A model generated the notes under the pieces. That model was not told the origin of the DNA and made no database searches. It was given only the letters and a program-made list of their open reading frames with translations. A stretch of 63,923 nucleotides of DNA, the filler included, from Thraustochytrium aureum (Eukaryota), in assembly GCA_012862495.1 (NCBI GenBank). It is 5 parts of 5 records of this genome, joined end to end, with 100 filler letters (N's around TTAATTAATTAA, not from the genome) between each part and the next. Parts side by side here need not be neighbours in the genome. Positions count along the whole stretch, not along the records: positions 42,822 to 58,818 come from BLSG01000295.1; positions 58,919 to 62,816 come from BLSG01000299.1; positions 62,917 to 63,923 come from BLSG01000310.1; 2 more parts are not named here. One strand, written 5' to 3'. Positions 54,623-63,923 of this stretch are shown piece after piece (position 1 is the stretch's first letter; each line of letters begins with the position of its first letter). The translations under genes and the position numbers were made by a program.

Positions 54623-55564
54623 TCTGCGACGAGTAAAATCGATTTGACGCGATTGAATGAATTCTCGGGTCGGGCAAAACTATAGGTGAATTTTGGATAC
54701 TAAAGAAAGCGATAAAAGTAGGGCCATTTAGTAAAGAGTAAAAGTGATCAGCTGCCCACTTCTGAGGTGGGCATGTTACGTAAATCAGTATTGGAGAGCG
54801 GGCCGAGACCACCTCGCCAATACAATATATTGACGTTCAAGAGAGGCCAGGCGAACGTTGACCACCTATCCGTTGCGCGGCTTGCGCCAGAAAAGCAGAA
54901 TGCGCGACGTCGAGCGCGGGATCCGAGGTTGGAGGGAGGCGTTGCCGAGGGCAGGAAGGAGCTGCCGAGGTTTTCGTTTGTTTGCTTGTGCTCTCTGCAT
55001 CGGTGAGCTTGTGAGATCCGGCTGCAGCCCACCGTATTGCGACGGTGCGAGTTGTCGTCGTTGCTCTGTAGCGCGCCTTTTGACGCTCGCCCATGCCTCT
55101 TTGACGCTCATCTCTCTCATCGCAGCCGAAAGAAAGAAAGAAAAAAGCACGCAAGAGAGCACGCATCGATTTATCAGTTGCAGCACCGGTCGCGCTCGAG
55201 TGCTCGCAATTAGGTCGTGCCGACTGCGCACGAACCGCGAGAGGCAAAGAGCAACACCGCAGCGCACGCGAGGCCTGCGAGGCGCGCCAAGTTGTGGCAT
55301 TGCGTCCCACAAGCTGGGTCGGGCGAGCGACCGCAGCGTCCCCTCCCAGCGTCCGCAGCGTCCGCAGCGTCCGCAGCACTCGCGCGCCACGCAGGGCCAT
55401 TTCGCGGCTGGCCGAGTCGCATGGTTGTCGGCTCGCACACTCTAGGTTGCCCGCACCGCCGGGAGGCTCGAGCGAGCGCAAGGCTCGGGACAAAGCAGGC
55501 TCAAGAAGCGCGTGGAAGGTGAAACCGCCCGCGCCAGTGCTGCGGCACTCGCGCGCGGCCCAAA

Positions 55565-56377
55565 ATGCGGCTCGGGCTGGGCATTCTACGGCGCAGGAGC
55601 AGCGTGGCTCACATGCCGCTCCCTGACGGCCTGAGCAAGCTCTTCGAAGGCGCGACAGAGTCAGAGCTCGCCGACTTTCTGGGCGGCCTCATCCAGGGCA
55701 ACGAGCTGGCGCTTCTGTTCCAAGAGCTCGTCAAGGGGGAGACCATAGTCGGGCTCGACAAGGACGGCGCCGCGCTGCGCATCGTGAGCGTGGCCAAGCC
55801 CATGATCCTCGATGCGCGCAATGGCGAGCTCCTGGTCGAGGTTGTGCAGACCGCGCTCGGCACCACTGACGAGCGATTGCGGGTAAAGGCGACCGGCATG
55901 TCGGAGAAATTCAATCCGCTGTGCGAGACCAGCCGCGAGGCGTGCGGGCGGGCTCTCCGCGAGGAGCTGCAATGGGGCAAAGCCACAGCCGACATGTTCT
56001 CAAGCAGAACTCGCATGGTCGTCGAGACTGCCGTTTCGGACAAGTTTCAGGGCCTTCGGACGCAGTACCACCTATACATCCACCTGCTCAAGCCATCAAT
56101 CGTGGCGCGTCTGCAGTGCGAGCTCGTGCCGAGGGGCAAGCTGTCTCGCGTGGACGAAGAATGCGAGCTAGACCCGCGGTCGCTCTGGTGGGCGTGGATC
56201 GCCCCGCGGTCCGAGGAGGCCGTGACGTCCTATTTATTGCAAGTCGCCGCAGAGGCTGGCTTTGCGAGCCTCCCGCTCAGCGCCGTTGACAAGTTTGGTA
56301 CGACGCCAGCAGGGACCGTGATGGCGCAGATGGACAAGGCGCTTGAGTATTTAGACGAGCTCGTCGGCTGGGACTGA
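55565..56377 (+). CDS. Nudix-fold-like protein with a variant Nudix box (alternative ATG at 55613)
   Basis: LFQELVKGE..., LLVEVVQ, MSEKFNPLCETSREACGRALREEL (E-x7-R-A-L-x-E-E), SDKFQGLRTQY. Confidence 0.6.
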   Translation: MRLGLGILRRRSSVAHMPLPDGLSKLFEGATESELADFLGGLIQGNELALLFQELVKGETIVGLDKDGAALRIVSVAKPMILDARNGELLVEVVQTALGTTDERLRVKATGMSEKFNPLCETSREACGRALREELQWGKATADMFSSRTRMVVETAVSDKFQGLRTQYHLYIHLLKPSIVARLQCELVPRGKLSRVDEECELDPRSLWWAWIAPRSEEAVTSYLLQVAAEAGFASLPLSAVDKFGTTPAGTVMAQMDKALEYLDELVGWD

Positions 56378-57014
56378 CCAGGCTTGCGATCGACCAGCGG
56401 GCCTTCTGGAGGCAACCAAAACCAAACCATAGGTAATTCGGTAGTCCTTGTTTTCTCCATCGCCGAGCAAGCAGCGTTCACGAACTTTCCTCCCTCATCC
56501 TCGCCTCAAGCGCTCGCTGCACGCTCGCGTCAGTCCAGTGCACCAGTCTCCTCCTCCGCTTGTTCAACTCGGGGTCGCGCCCAAAACGCGTCCCACCAGT
56601 CCCTCCAACCGGTAGATTACAAATGAAGTAGTACACCAAACCAACTCGGAACAACCCGTTACGTTGGCTCCTCGTGCAGAGCGCAACCGATCGGAGGCCG
56701 GCGCAAGCACTCTGCGTCTGCGCAGGACGCTGCGAAGCGCCGCTGCGTGGAGAGTGGGCTGGCTGGCTCGTTCGCTCATTTGCTCATGTGCTCGTCCAGC
56801 ATCAACAGGTCGGTGGTGCTGTCGCTAGCTCCGCCAACCGAAAGAACAAAACCAGCGGTTTCATCGCTCTCTCGCGCAAATCCCGATTCGGTTGAGCAGA
56901 AGACGAACGAACAGTGCAGCAGAAGCTGTGCACTCGAGTCGGCTGCGCGGGCTAGCGGCGAGGTGCACCGAGCGCGGGGTCCTGGCGAGTGGGGTTGAGG
57001 CGGGCGCGGCGGAA

Positions 57015-58594
57015 ATGCGGCGGCCGGACTGCGACGATGAGGTGGTCAAGCTCGATACGATGAGCACGACGAAGATTATGGGCAGCGCCTGGCTCGCGTT
57101 GATGCTGACGCTTGTGGCGGTTGCATTCTCGACGTTGGGCCCGCAGGCGGACGTGCACAAGCCAGCCGACGGCAACGCCGGCGTAGGCATCGACCTGGTG
57201 AACAACGGCTGGGCGCACTCGTTCTTCTTTGAAAACCTGTACTCGAACCACGTGTCCCTCTCGTTTCGCATCGACGTGAACAAGCTGAGCAGGGCCCAGT
57301 TCCAGACGTCTTTTTCGGCCGAGATTCCCATCTCGCTCCTCTTGCGCGGCGTCGACGAGGACGGGAACGAGGAGGTCACCTTCAACGGCACGCTGCCGCG
57401 TGCGGTCACTTGCGACCGCCGTGGCGGCTTGCTCACGGGCACGGTGGTGTGCTCCGAGGTCCTTGTCTTTCACGAATCGTATGTGGCTTTCAAAAGTTTA
57501 CGTTCCTGGTCTCTGTGCCGCCCGAGGCGCGCCCAGACCTCAACTTCATCAGCTCGGTGGACTTTTTCTTCACGTACGAGAGCCAGCAGTACGCGAGGTG
57601 GGAGATTCGCCTCAACTACCTCTGCTTCGGGCTCTCGCTGCTGGGCACGCTCTGGTGGTTTTACGTGTGCAAGGTTGGCCGAGCGCTCTATGCAGCAGCC
57701 TTCGAAGACAAGGAGGACGAGGTCACCACTGACCGGTTGAGCGGCGCGACTCGGTGCCTGCCTGCCTGCTCGTGCTGCTGCCGAGGGAGCACCGGCGGCT
57801 GCTTGCCGTATCGCACGGGTACGCAGCAGTGGGTTGCGGTTCTCCTGGTGCTGCTCACCGCCTACAACCAGCCCCTCTACGCCTTTCAGTATTTGCCGCA
57901 CCCGGGCTGGCGCGCCTTCTTCGTGATCGTCAGCGCTTCGCTCCAGCTCGCTTTCGCGAGCGTGCTCTCGATCTTCTGGCTTGGCACCTTCTCGTCCCTG
58001 TACACCATCGGCCGTGGCTCCCGGGCGTGGTGGCTGGCCAAGCTCGTCTTTGGCCTCACCTTTTGGGTGGTCGGTTCAGTGCTTTACGCGCAGATCATCT
58101 TGCTCAAGGTCACGGACCGCACGCTCGACTGGTGGAACGACCTGGAGCTCATGGCGCCTGTGAGCTCGTTCTTGGCCATTTACGGCCTCGCGTTTTTCGC
58201 GTGGATAACCTTTCTTGTCCTTCGCGGGGCCGGCGAGTGGGGGCGGATGCGGGCCAAGCACAAGGCGCTGTACGTCTTCCACCTTGTGCATTTGCTCATT
58301 TTCGTGGCAGGCAGCGTCTCGGGCGCCGTCTTCGCTGAGGACGTGCGCCACTCGCGGCTCACCTTCTTCTTCCAGTTTGCGCTGACCTTTTACGTGTTGG
58401 AGTTGGCTTACCTGATGAAGCCCGCGCTGGCGCGCCCTTCGCGCTTTCACGACGACGCGGACGGTCTCGGCGTGCAGAACGGCGTGAGCATGCAGTTCGA
58501 GATCTCTGCGGTCGCGCCGCGCACGCAGGCAAACAACGAGCAGGCCGTCACCAAGACGGTGGATACCACCAGCATCAACCTGGCCATGGTCTGA
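57015..58594 (+). CDS. TMEM181: TMEM181 (GPR178, Wntless-related) membrane protein, apparent frameshift at 57492-57495
   Basis: N-terminal TM ending in GP, luminal domain, QQWVAVLLVLLTAYNQPLY (cf. EQKW..LL.LL..YNDP), LSIFWL, YVLELAYLMKP. Confidence 0.8.
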
Positions 58595-58818
58595 AGATCT
58601 CTGCTCGCTCGGACACCGACCCATGCATGCAATGCCATGCATCCATCCATGGACGGACGGACTCGTGTACTTATATACCTACATGGCGTGGCGGAGGAGG
58701 TCTTCGTTGCAAGTTGGGCGCACGCGAGGCTCACCACGTTCGCCAAACGCGCAGACAGCAGGCTGCGCAGCCTGATGAAACAACAACAACTCCGAGTACC
58801 TACTTACTAGCCAACCAG

Positions 58819-58918
58819 NNNNNNNNNNNNNNNNNNNNNNNNNNNNNNNNNNNNNNNNNNNNTTAATTAATTAANNNNNNNNNNNNNNNNNNNNNNNNNN
58901 NNNNNNNNNNNNNNNNNN
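58819..58918. other. Artificial scaffold linker
   Basis: 44 N + TTAATTAATTAA (58863-58874) + 44 N. Confidence 0.97.
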
Positions 58919-61900
58919 CTCGGCCACGGGCGCAAGCGGCCGCGACAGCGGCCTGGACGACTGCGCATGCCACGCAGCAACTGAGGAGCGCGACCTGCAC
59001 AAGCTGTCGTTCCGCTCAATAGCGCTCGCGCAGGAGTCGCTCGCCGTCGAGCTCATGGACCCTCTCTTGGCGGGCTGGACAAAGCGGCGCAAGGCCCAGA
59101 CCTCCACTATAAAATCGATCAAGGTGCGCGTTGATCCCACGGCCCGGACTCGGCAAGGCGCCCCGGTGCTCCTCCAGGGCGGGTGGGCTCGGGTCTCGTG
59201 GGACTGGACAGGCCGAGTCGGCTACGTCGACCTCGCGCTCGCGCGGGTCGACGATCCCGCGCAAGTCTACTTGCTAGCGCGCGGCTGCCGCAACTCGGGC
59301 AGCGCCAGAGTCCATGTGCCGCCCGTGCACGCGGCTTGGTCCTCGGAAGCGTGCTATTGGCGAGTCGTGGCGGCAGATGCCCAAGATCCCATTGTCGAAG
59401 GCGCCAGCCGCGCCTTCCTGCTCGGCGGGGAGACCCGCGACGACGTGCCCGACGACCAGGCAGCCCCTCCACTTCCCGACGAGGGCCCGCCTTCACCCGC
59501 AGCGAGCTCTGATGCGGCCTTCCACGAAGTCCACAGCCTCGCCAACTACCACAAGACCGCGCGCGTATGCGGAAACTGCCTCGCCGTGTACCGCACCCTC
59601 GACGCGGCGCGACTTGAGCGAGGCCCCCACAAGGCGCAAGCGCCGGCCCATATGCCAGCGCCGCGCATGAGCATGCCCGAGCTCGAGGCGCAGCTCGCGG
59701 CGGCCGACTCTGCCAGCCAAAGCCTCATAAACGACAGCGCCGACCTGCTCCTCGGCACGTTCGCAGGCCTGCCAGCGGCCTGCTCCAAGCAAGTGCAACT
59801 CATGGACACGACGCGAACTCGCGCACTGGTGGACAGGCTCTCCGCGCCGAAAAAGCTCCAAGCCGGCGACGGCACGGCCGCGGACGAGCCGGACCAACAG
59901 CGCTGGGGAGCCGGGTTTTCCCTGCGCAGCTCGGGCACCAAGCCAACCGTCGCGCGCAAGCGCCGCAAGTCGCCCAGCACGACGCGCGCAGCGGATGCGC
60001 CCACGGCCAAGGGCCAACAAAGGCAAGCGGGTCGGCTCCAGCCTCGCGATGCCGGCAAGGCGCTGGCCGACTCGGCGTTCCGAGGCCCCACCGCGTCTCA
60101 AGCGCAGAGTCTGGGGAGAACCGCGGCGGGAAGAACTGAACGGGGCGCTGGAGGGCGCGACCGCGACGGCGTTCGCCATGGCGGCAGGGAGCGCGTTCGC
60201 CACGACGGCGGGAACCAAGCTGCGAGCGTCGATGGAAGCGTGGAGCGGCGCGGAAACCAGGCCGCTCGCGGAGGCGCGGCGCTCGCTGAAAGTTCCAGTG
60301 AGCAGCTCCTTGCCGGCGACCGGGACCGCGGCAGCTCGACGCGAAGTGCAGAGTCCCACCGACAGTCTCGTGGCGGCAGGGACGTGCAGCGCGACGCCTT
60401 GAGCGACTCGGAGGAGAATGGCCGAATGAGCGACCCGCTCGATGCCAGCGCGCTGCTCGACCAGCTGCTGCTCCCAGCCGTCGGGGATGGGGCTCAGGGC
60501 CGGCGCCAGGGAAAGGCTTCCGCGGACAGGAGCGGAAAGAAGGCTGGAGGTAGCGAGGCTCTGCTGCGGCGGGGGCGCACGATCAACTCGTCGGCGAGTC
60601 GCAGCCCAAGCCCCCGCGGCAAGCGCGCACAGAGGGACCGCTCGCGTACGACCAAATAGACCCGCAGAGCGGTCTCCAGCAAGTCGTGAGCCTCTTGGCG
60701 CTGGGTCAGCTGGATGACGCTCGCATGCTCAAGCGGTTGGCGGCAAAGCGCGGCCTTGCTGTCCTAGCCTTTGCCCGGGTCGAAAACGGGCGCATCATCG
60801 TCAAACAACAAGGCGGGGGCGCCGGCTCGTCTCGGCGAGGAGGACTCAAGAACCCGCCATCGTTTGCTGAGACCCTGTCGAGGACCAAGCGTGGCCGGCA
60901 GACGCTGACGTTGCTGAGCGAGCACCTGGCTGTGTGCCACGCCTTTGTCGGCGCTCTCGATCGCCACGCCGGACCAGAGGGCTCCCCGTCAAAGGGAGCG
61001 AGCGCCAAAGCCGTGCTGGGGCGCGCGTCGCTCCAGGTCGCGCGGGCCGCGGACGCTTGTGCGGTCCTGGAGCGATTTGCTGGATCGCACATGGCTGCCA
61101 TGCCACGGCTCCACGTCATGCGCGGCGTGCAGTTTGCGCTCGTAGGGCGCCTGGACGACGCCTTTGAGGCGTGGCGCGAGGCGATCGCTTCCGCGACGCG
61201 CTTCGAGGGCATGTGGTCCTACAATGTTGGCGTCGCGCACTTTTTGATGGGCAAGCATGCCAGTGTGGCGCCGCAAGACGCCTCGTTCAGGCAGAGCCAC
61301 CTCGCTGCGGCTGCCGCCATATTTTCCAGGCTTAAAGAGCAGCGCGAGCTCAGCTTGGTGAGCCGCGAGCAGAGCGGCCAAGGGGGCGCGCCCACGCCTC
61401 GAACGCCCGGGACGCGATCCTCCTCCGGGAACGCGTCGCCAGAGCAGAGCCCCCGCTGTCCTGGCCAAGATGCGGCGTCGCGGGAGCTCGTGCGCTGGGC
61501 GCTCGCTGAGCTGGACGGACTGCGAGCCAAGCTGCAAGGCGCGGGGCTGGCATGTGGTCCATCCGAGGTGCTCGAAGCTGCGAGCCTTGCCCAAGACAGT
61601 GCGGTTGAAGTCGATCGGGTCTTGCGGGCAGCTGCGGAGGATGTGGCAATTTTCCAGTCCACGTCGCCCGAGCACAGGCACTTTGAGCACAGGCGGGCTC
61701 GCGTTCGCGACGCGATCGAGCTCGCCCAGCTCAAGGTGGACGCGTTGTTAGCAAAGCACGGGGGCCGCGCCGGTTCGAGCAGCAGCGGCGTTGGGGAAGG
61801 GGCCACAGCACCGGCCGAGTAGTTAGTCGCGAGAGCTCCGAGTACTATACGTCGGTAGCGTCCTCCTCTCGCGGGGGCGCCGGTGGGAGCTTGTCAGGGG

Positions 61901-62455
61901 ACAGCCAAATATTCCAGGGCGAGGAGGGAGAAGACGAAGACGAATACGAAGAGGAGGCGGAGGAAGACGACGAATACGAATACGACGACGACGACGACGA
62001 CGACGACGACAACGGTGGCAGCGAACCGCGTGAGGGGACCGGCACAAGCGGCACAGCAGCTTTATATGAACCACGGGGGCGGCGGCGCGTGCGAGTCAGA
62101 CGTGTCGACCGAGGCCATCTTCGACGCTTGCCACAGCAAGCGGCTTGGGGCAATGAAACAGTTGCTCGGGGCCTGGACAGCGCGGCTCGCGAGCCCCGCT
62201 TCGGCAGTGGTGGACAGCCAAGGCAACACGTTGCTGCACGTTGCGGCGTTCAACAACTGGATCCAGGGCGTTCACGCCTGCTTGAGCGCGGGGATCGACG
62301 TGAACGCGCGCAATATTGAGGGCAATACAGCGCTGCACCTCGCGCACGAGAAAGGCCACGCAACAGCGGAGACGCTCCTGGTCGCGCTGGGTGCAGACAC
62401 GAGCCTTGTAAACATGTACGGGCTGGCATATCAGCAAGGCTCGCGGCCCTCGTAG
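58919..62455 (+). CDS. 5'-truncated multidomain protein: CxxC motif, Ig-like segment, TPR-like helices, acidic tract, C-terminal ankyrin repeats; three apparent frameshifts
   Basis: Coding-like frames join at homopolymers 60611-60615, 61799-61802 and 62075-62079; ankyrins DSQGNTLLHVAA and NIEGNTALHLA. It could instead be two or three genes. Confidence 0.6.
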
Positions 62456-62515
62456 GGGACTGCTGACGAGCAAAACAGCGCCGTTTCCGAAGAAGAAAAA
62501 AATCATTTTATTCAA

Positions 62516-62816
62516 TTAGTCAACCTCCTCGACGGTGGAGGCGCCAGGAGCGTCAGCGCCGGGCATGCCGCCGGGCATGCCGCCAGGCATGCCACCCGGG
62601 GCGCCGCCAGCGGCTGCGTAGGCGGCCTGAAGGATCGGGTTGGCAATGCCCTCGACGGCCTTCTGCTGCTCCTCGTACTCCTCCTTCTCTGCCTCCTGGT
62701 GAGCTTCAAGCCACTTGAGGGCCTCGTCGATCTTGGCGTTGAGCTTGGACTGGTCGTCGGCCGGGATCTTCTCCTTGAGCTTCTCCTCGTTAAGCGAGTT
62801 GCGCAGGCTGAAGCAG
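62516..62816 (-). CDS. HSP70: Cytosolic Hsp70, C-terminal ~99 aa (not in the ORF track)
   Basis: Manual translation: [17 protein letters not shown]...[28 protein letters not shown]...[12 protein letters not shown]...STVEEVD followed by TAA. Confidence 0.96.
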
Positions 62817-62916
62817 NNNNNNNNNNNNNNNNNNNNNNNNNNNNNNNNNNNNNNNNNNNNTTAATTAATTAANNNNNNNNNNNNNNNNNNNNNNNNNNNN
62901 NNNNNNNNNNNNNNNN
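62817..62916. other. Artificial scaffold linker
   Basis: 44 N + TTAATTAATTAA (62861-62872) + 44 N. Confidence 0.97.
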
Positions 62917-63332
62917 CCTACGTATTTGATAATATCTTGTCTCGTGTCGCGAAATTGTCCTTAGCTGCCCGGCCCAACGGAAAGGCAGGGGCTGCCGACG
63001 TCAACTCTTCTTTCGTGGCTTGTTTCTTCTGGCAAGGTCGTCGCTCCCGGCTTAGTCCCAACGTACCCAAAATGAGCAGACCGCCTCGGGGAAGGAGCAA
63101 GTTTGACATTGCAGTGAAGTAACCAAAATCGCATTCCTCATTCTCATCGATGTAGGCCTACAACACACTGTACGCTCTGGCTCTCAACCGGAAAGTCTCT
63201 GCCAATACAAAGAGAAGAGCGAGCGACCTTGCCAGAGCACGAAGGTTTCGTCACCCACGCCCCGTTTCTCCAAGCCGAGCACTCATGGACGCTGACCCAC
63301 AGACATCGGAGGTGGAGCTGCAAGCGCTGTGC

Positions 63333-63403
63333 TGAGAGGTTATGTTTCCGTTGAAATCCTACCTAGTTCATGTATAATGAGAGGTCATGTTTCGGGTGAA
63401 ATC
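63333..63403. repeat. 26-bp direct repeat pair (23/26 identical, 45-bp period)
   Basis: TGAGAGGTTATGTTTCCGTTGAAATC and TGAGAGGTCATGTTTCGGGTGAAATC. Confidence 0.75.
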
Positions 63404-63923
63404 ATCTGTTTTGGTAGCAAACTTCGCGCAGTAGCGTCCGAGCACAACAACACATCGTGCGCGGAGGAAAACGCTTGGCCGCCTGGGCGACTCGCCCCTC
63501 TCCTCGCCTTGCATGCCGACGGAAGCAAGCAGTGTGGCGGCTTGTTCTGCCGACTTTTCACTTAGTGTCAACAGATTCAAACGGACCGCTCTGTCGGTTA
63601 CGCCAGCATTTATTGCATGCGCTCAGAGAGCTTGTTCACCAAGGCGTTCGGAAGTCGTGCGCCAATTTCACACAAAATCGCCCTGTATGCTATCGTCCTT
63701 CCGTGGTTGGCCAAGCTGCAAGCGCGGCCCGTGCGATGGTGTGAAAGAATGAAAATGTTGAGACGCCTTGTTCTATGCACCCTGGGATGGGGGCAGAGAA
63801 CAGGCCGGGCCGCTCTTAGAAAGCCGCAGCGCAACCAACGCTGCCCGAACAGCGTTCCAAATTCACTGTAACGGATTTTAAAAGCAACGGATTTTTCTTG
63901 ATCAAGTAACGGATCAACCGATT

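Noticed and set aside
237..62080. Genome-wide programmed ribosomal frameshifting or mass pseudogenisation
   Set aside because: Shifts are of mixed direction with no consistent slippery or stop context, and the genes are otherwise intact; sequencing error is the simpler explanation.
20628..62872. Recurring TTAATTAATTAA as a biological motif (telomere or piggyBac TTAA site)
   Set aside because: It is always flanked by exactly 44 N on each side, making a 100-bp six-frame-stop linker. Gene neighbourhoods across these linkers carry no meaning.
1..63923. tRNA, rRNA, snRNA, transposase, reverse transcriptase, Fanzor or viral genes
   Set aside because: None was recognised by eye. Several kb are N, so absence is not proven; tRNAscan-SE, Infernal and HMM searches would be needed.

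Overview
This is eukaryotic, GC-rich, very intron-poor draft genomic DNA. It is not one contiguous locus: four identical 100-bp artificial linkers (44 N + TTAATTAATTAA + 44 N) join five scaffolds (1-20583, 20684-42721, 42822-58818, 58919-62816, 62917-63923). Gene content (cilium-linked WDR17, two dynein light chains, few short GT-AG introns) suggests a flagellated protist, possibly a thraustochytrid or labyrinthulomycete; that taxonomy is inference only. About 21 protein genes are recognisable: APC1, an LC8-family dynein light chain, WDR17, a sulfatase, TMEM135, proteasome alpha-1, an FAD monooxygenase, an animal-type transglutaminase, a coiled-coil protein, an RBM45-like RRM protein, a giant EF-hand protein with a MABP-like domain, an SH3-DH-PH RhoGEF, a Tctex-1 light chain, an MFS transporter, the SF3B2 5' part, a full ABCB transporter, Rae1 with a long FG extension, a Nudix-like protein, TMEM181, an ankyrin-ended multidomain protein and a cytosolic Hsp70 3' end. 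About 16 apparent frameshifts, mostly at homopolymers, look like sequencing errors. I found no CRISPR array, tRNA, rRNA or transposase, and no single multi-gene novel system that I can support. The best leads are the Factor XIII/TGM-type transglutaminase with intact triad but diverged Ca2+-site segments, the EF-hand/MABP protein, the FG-extended Rae1 and several structured minisatellites.
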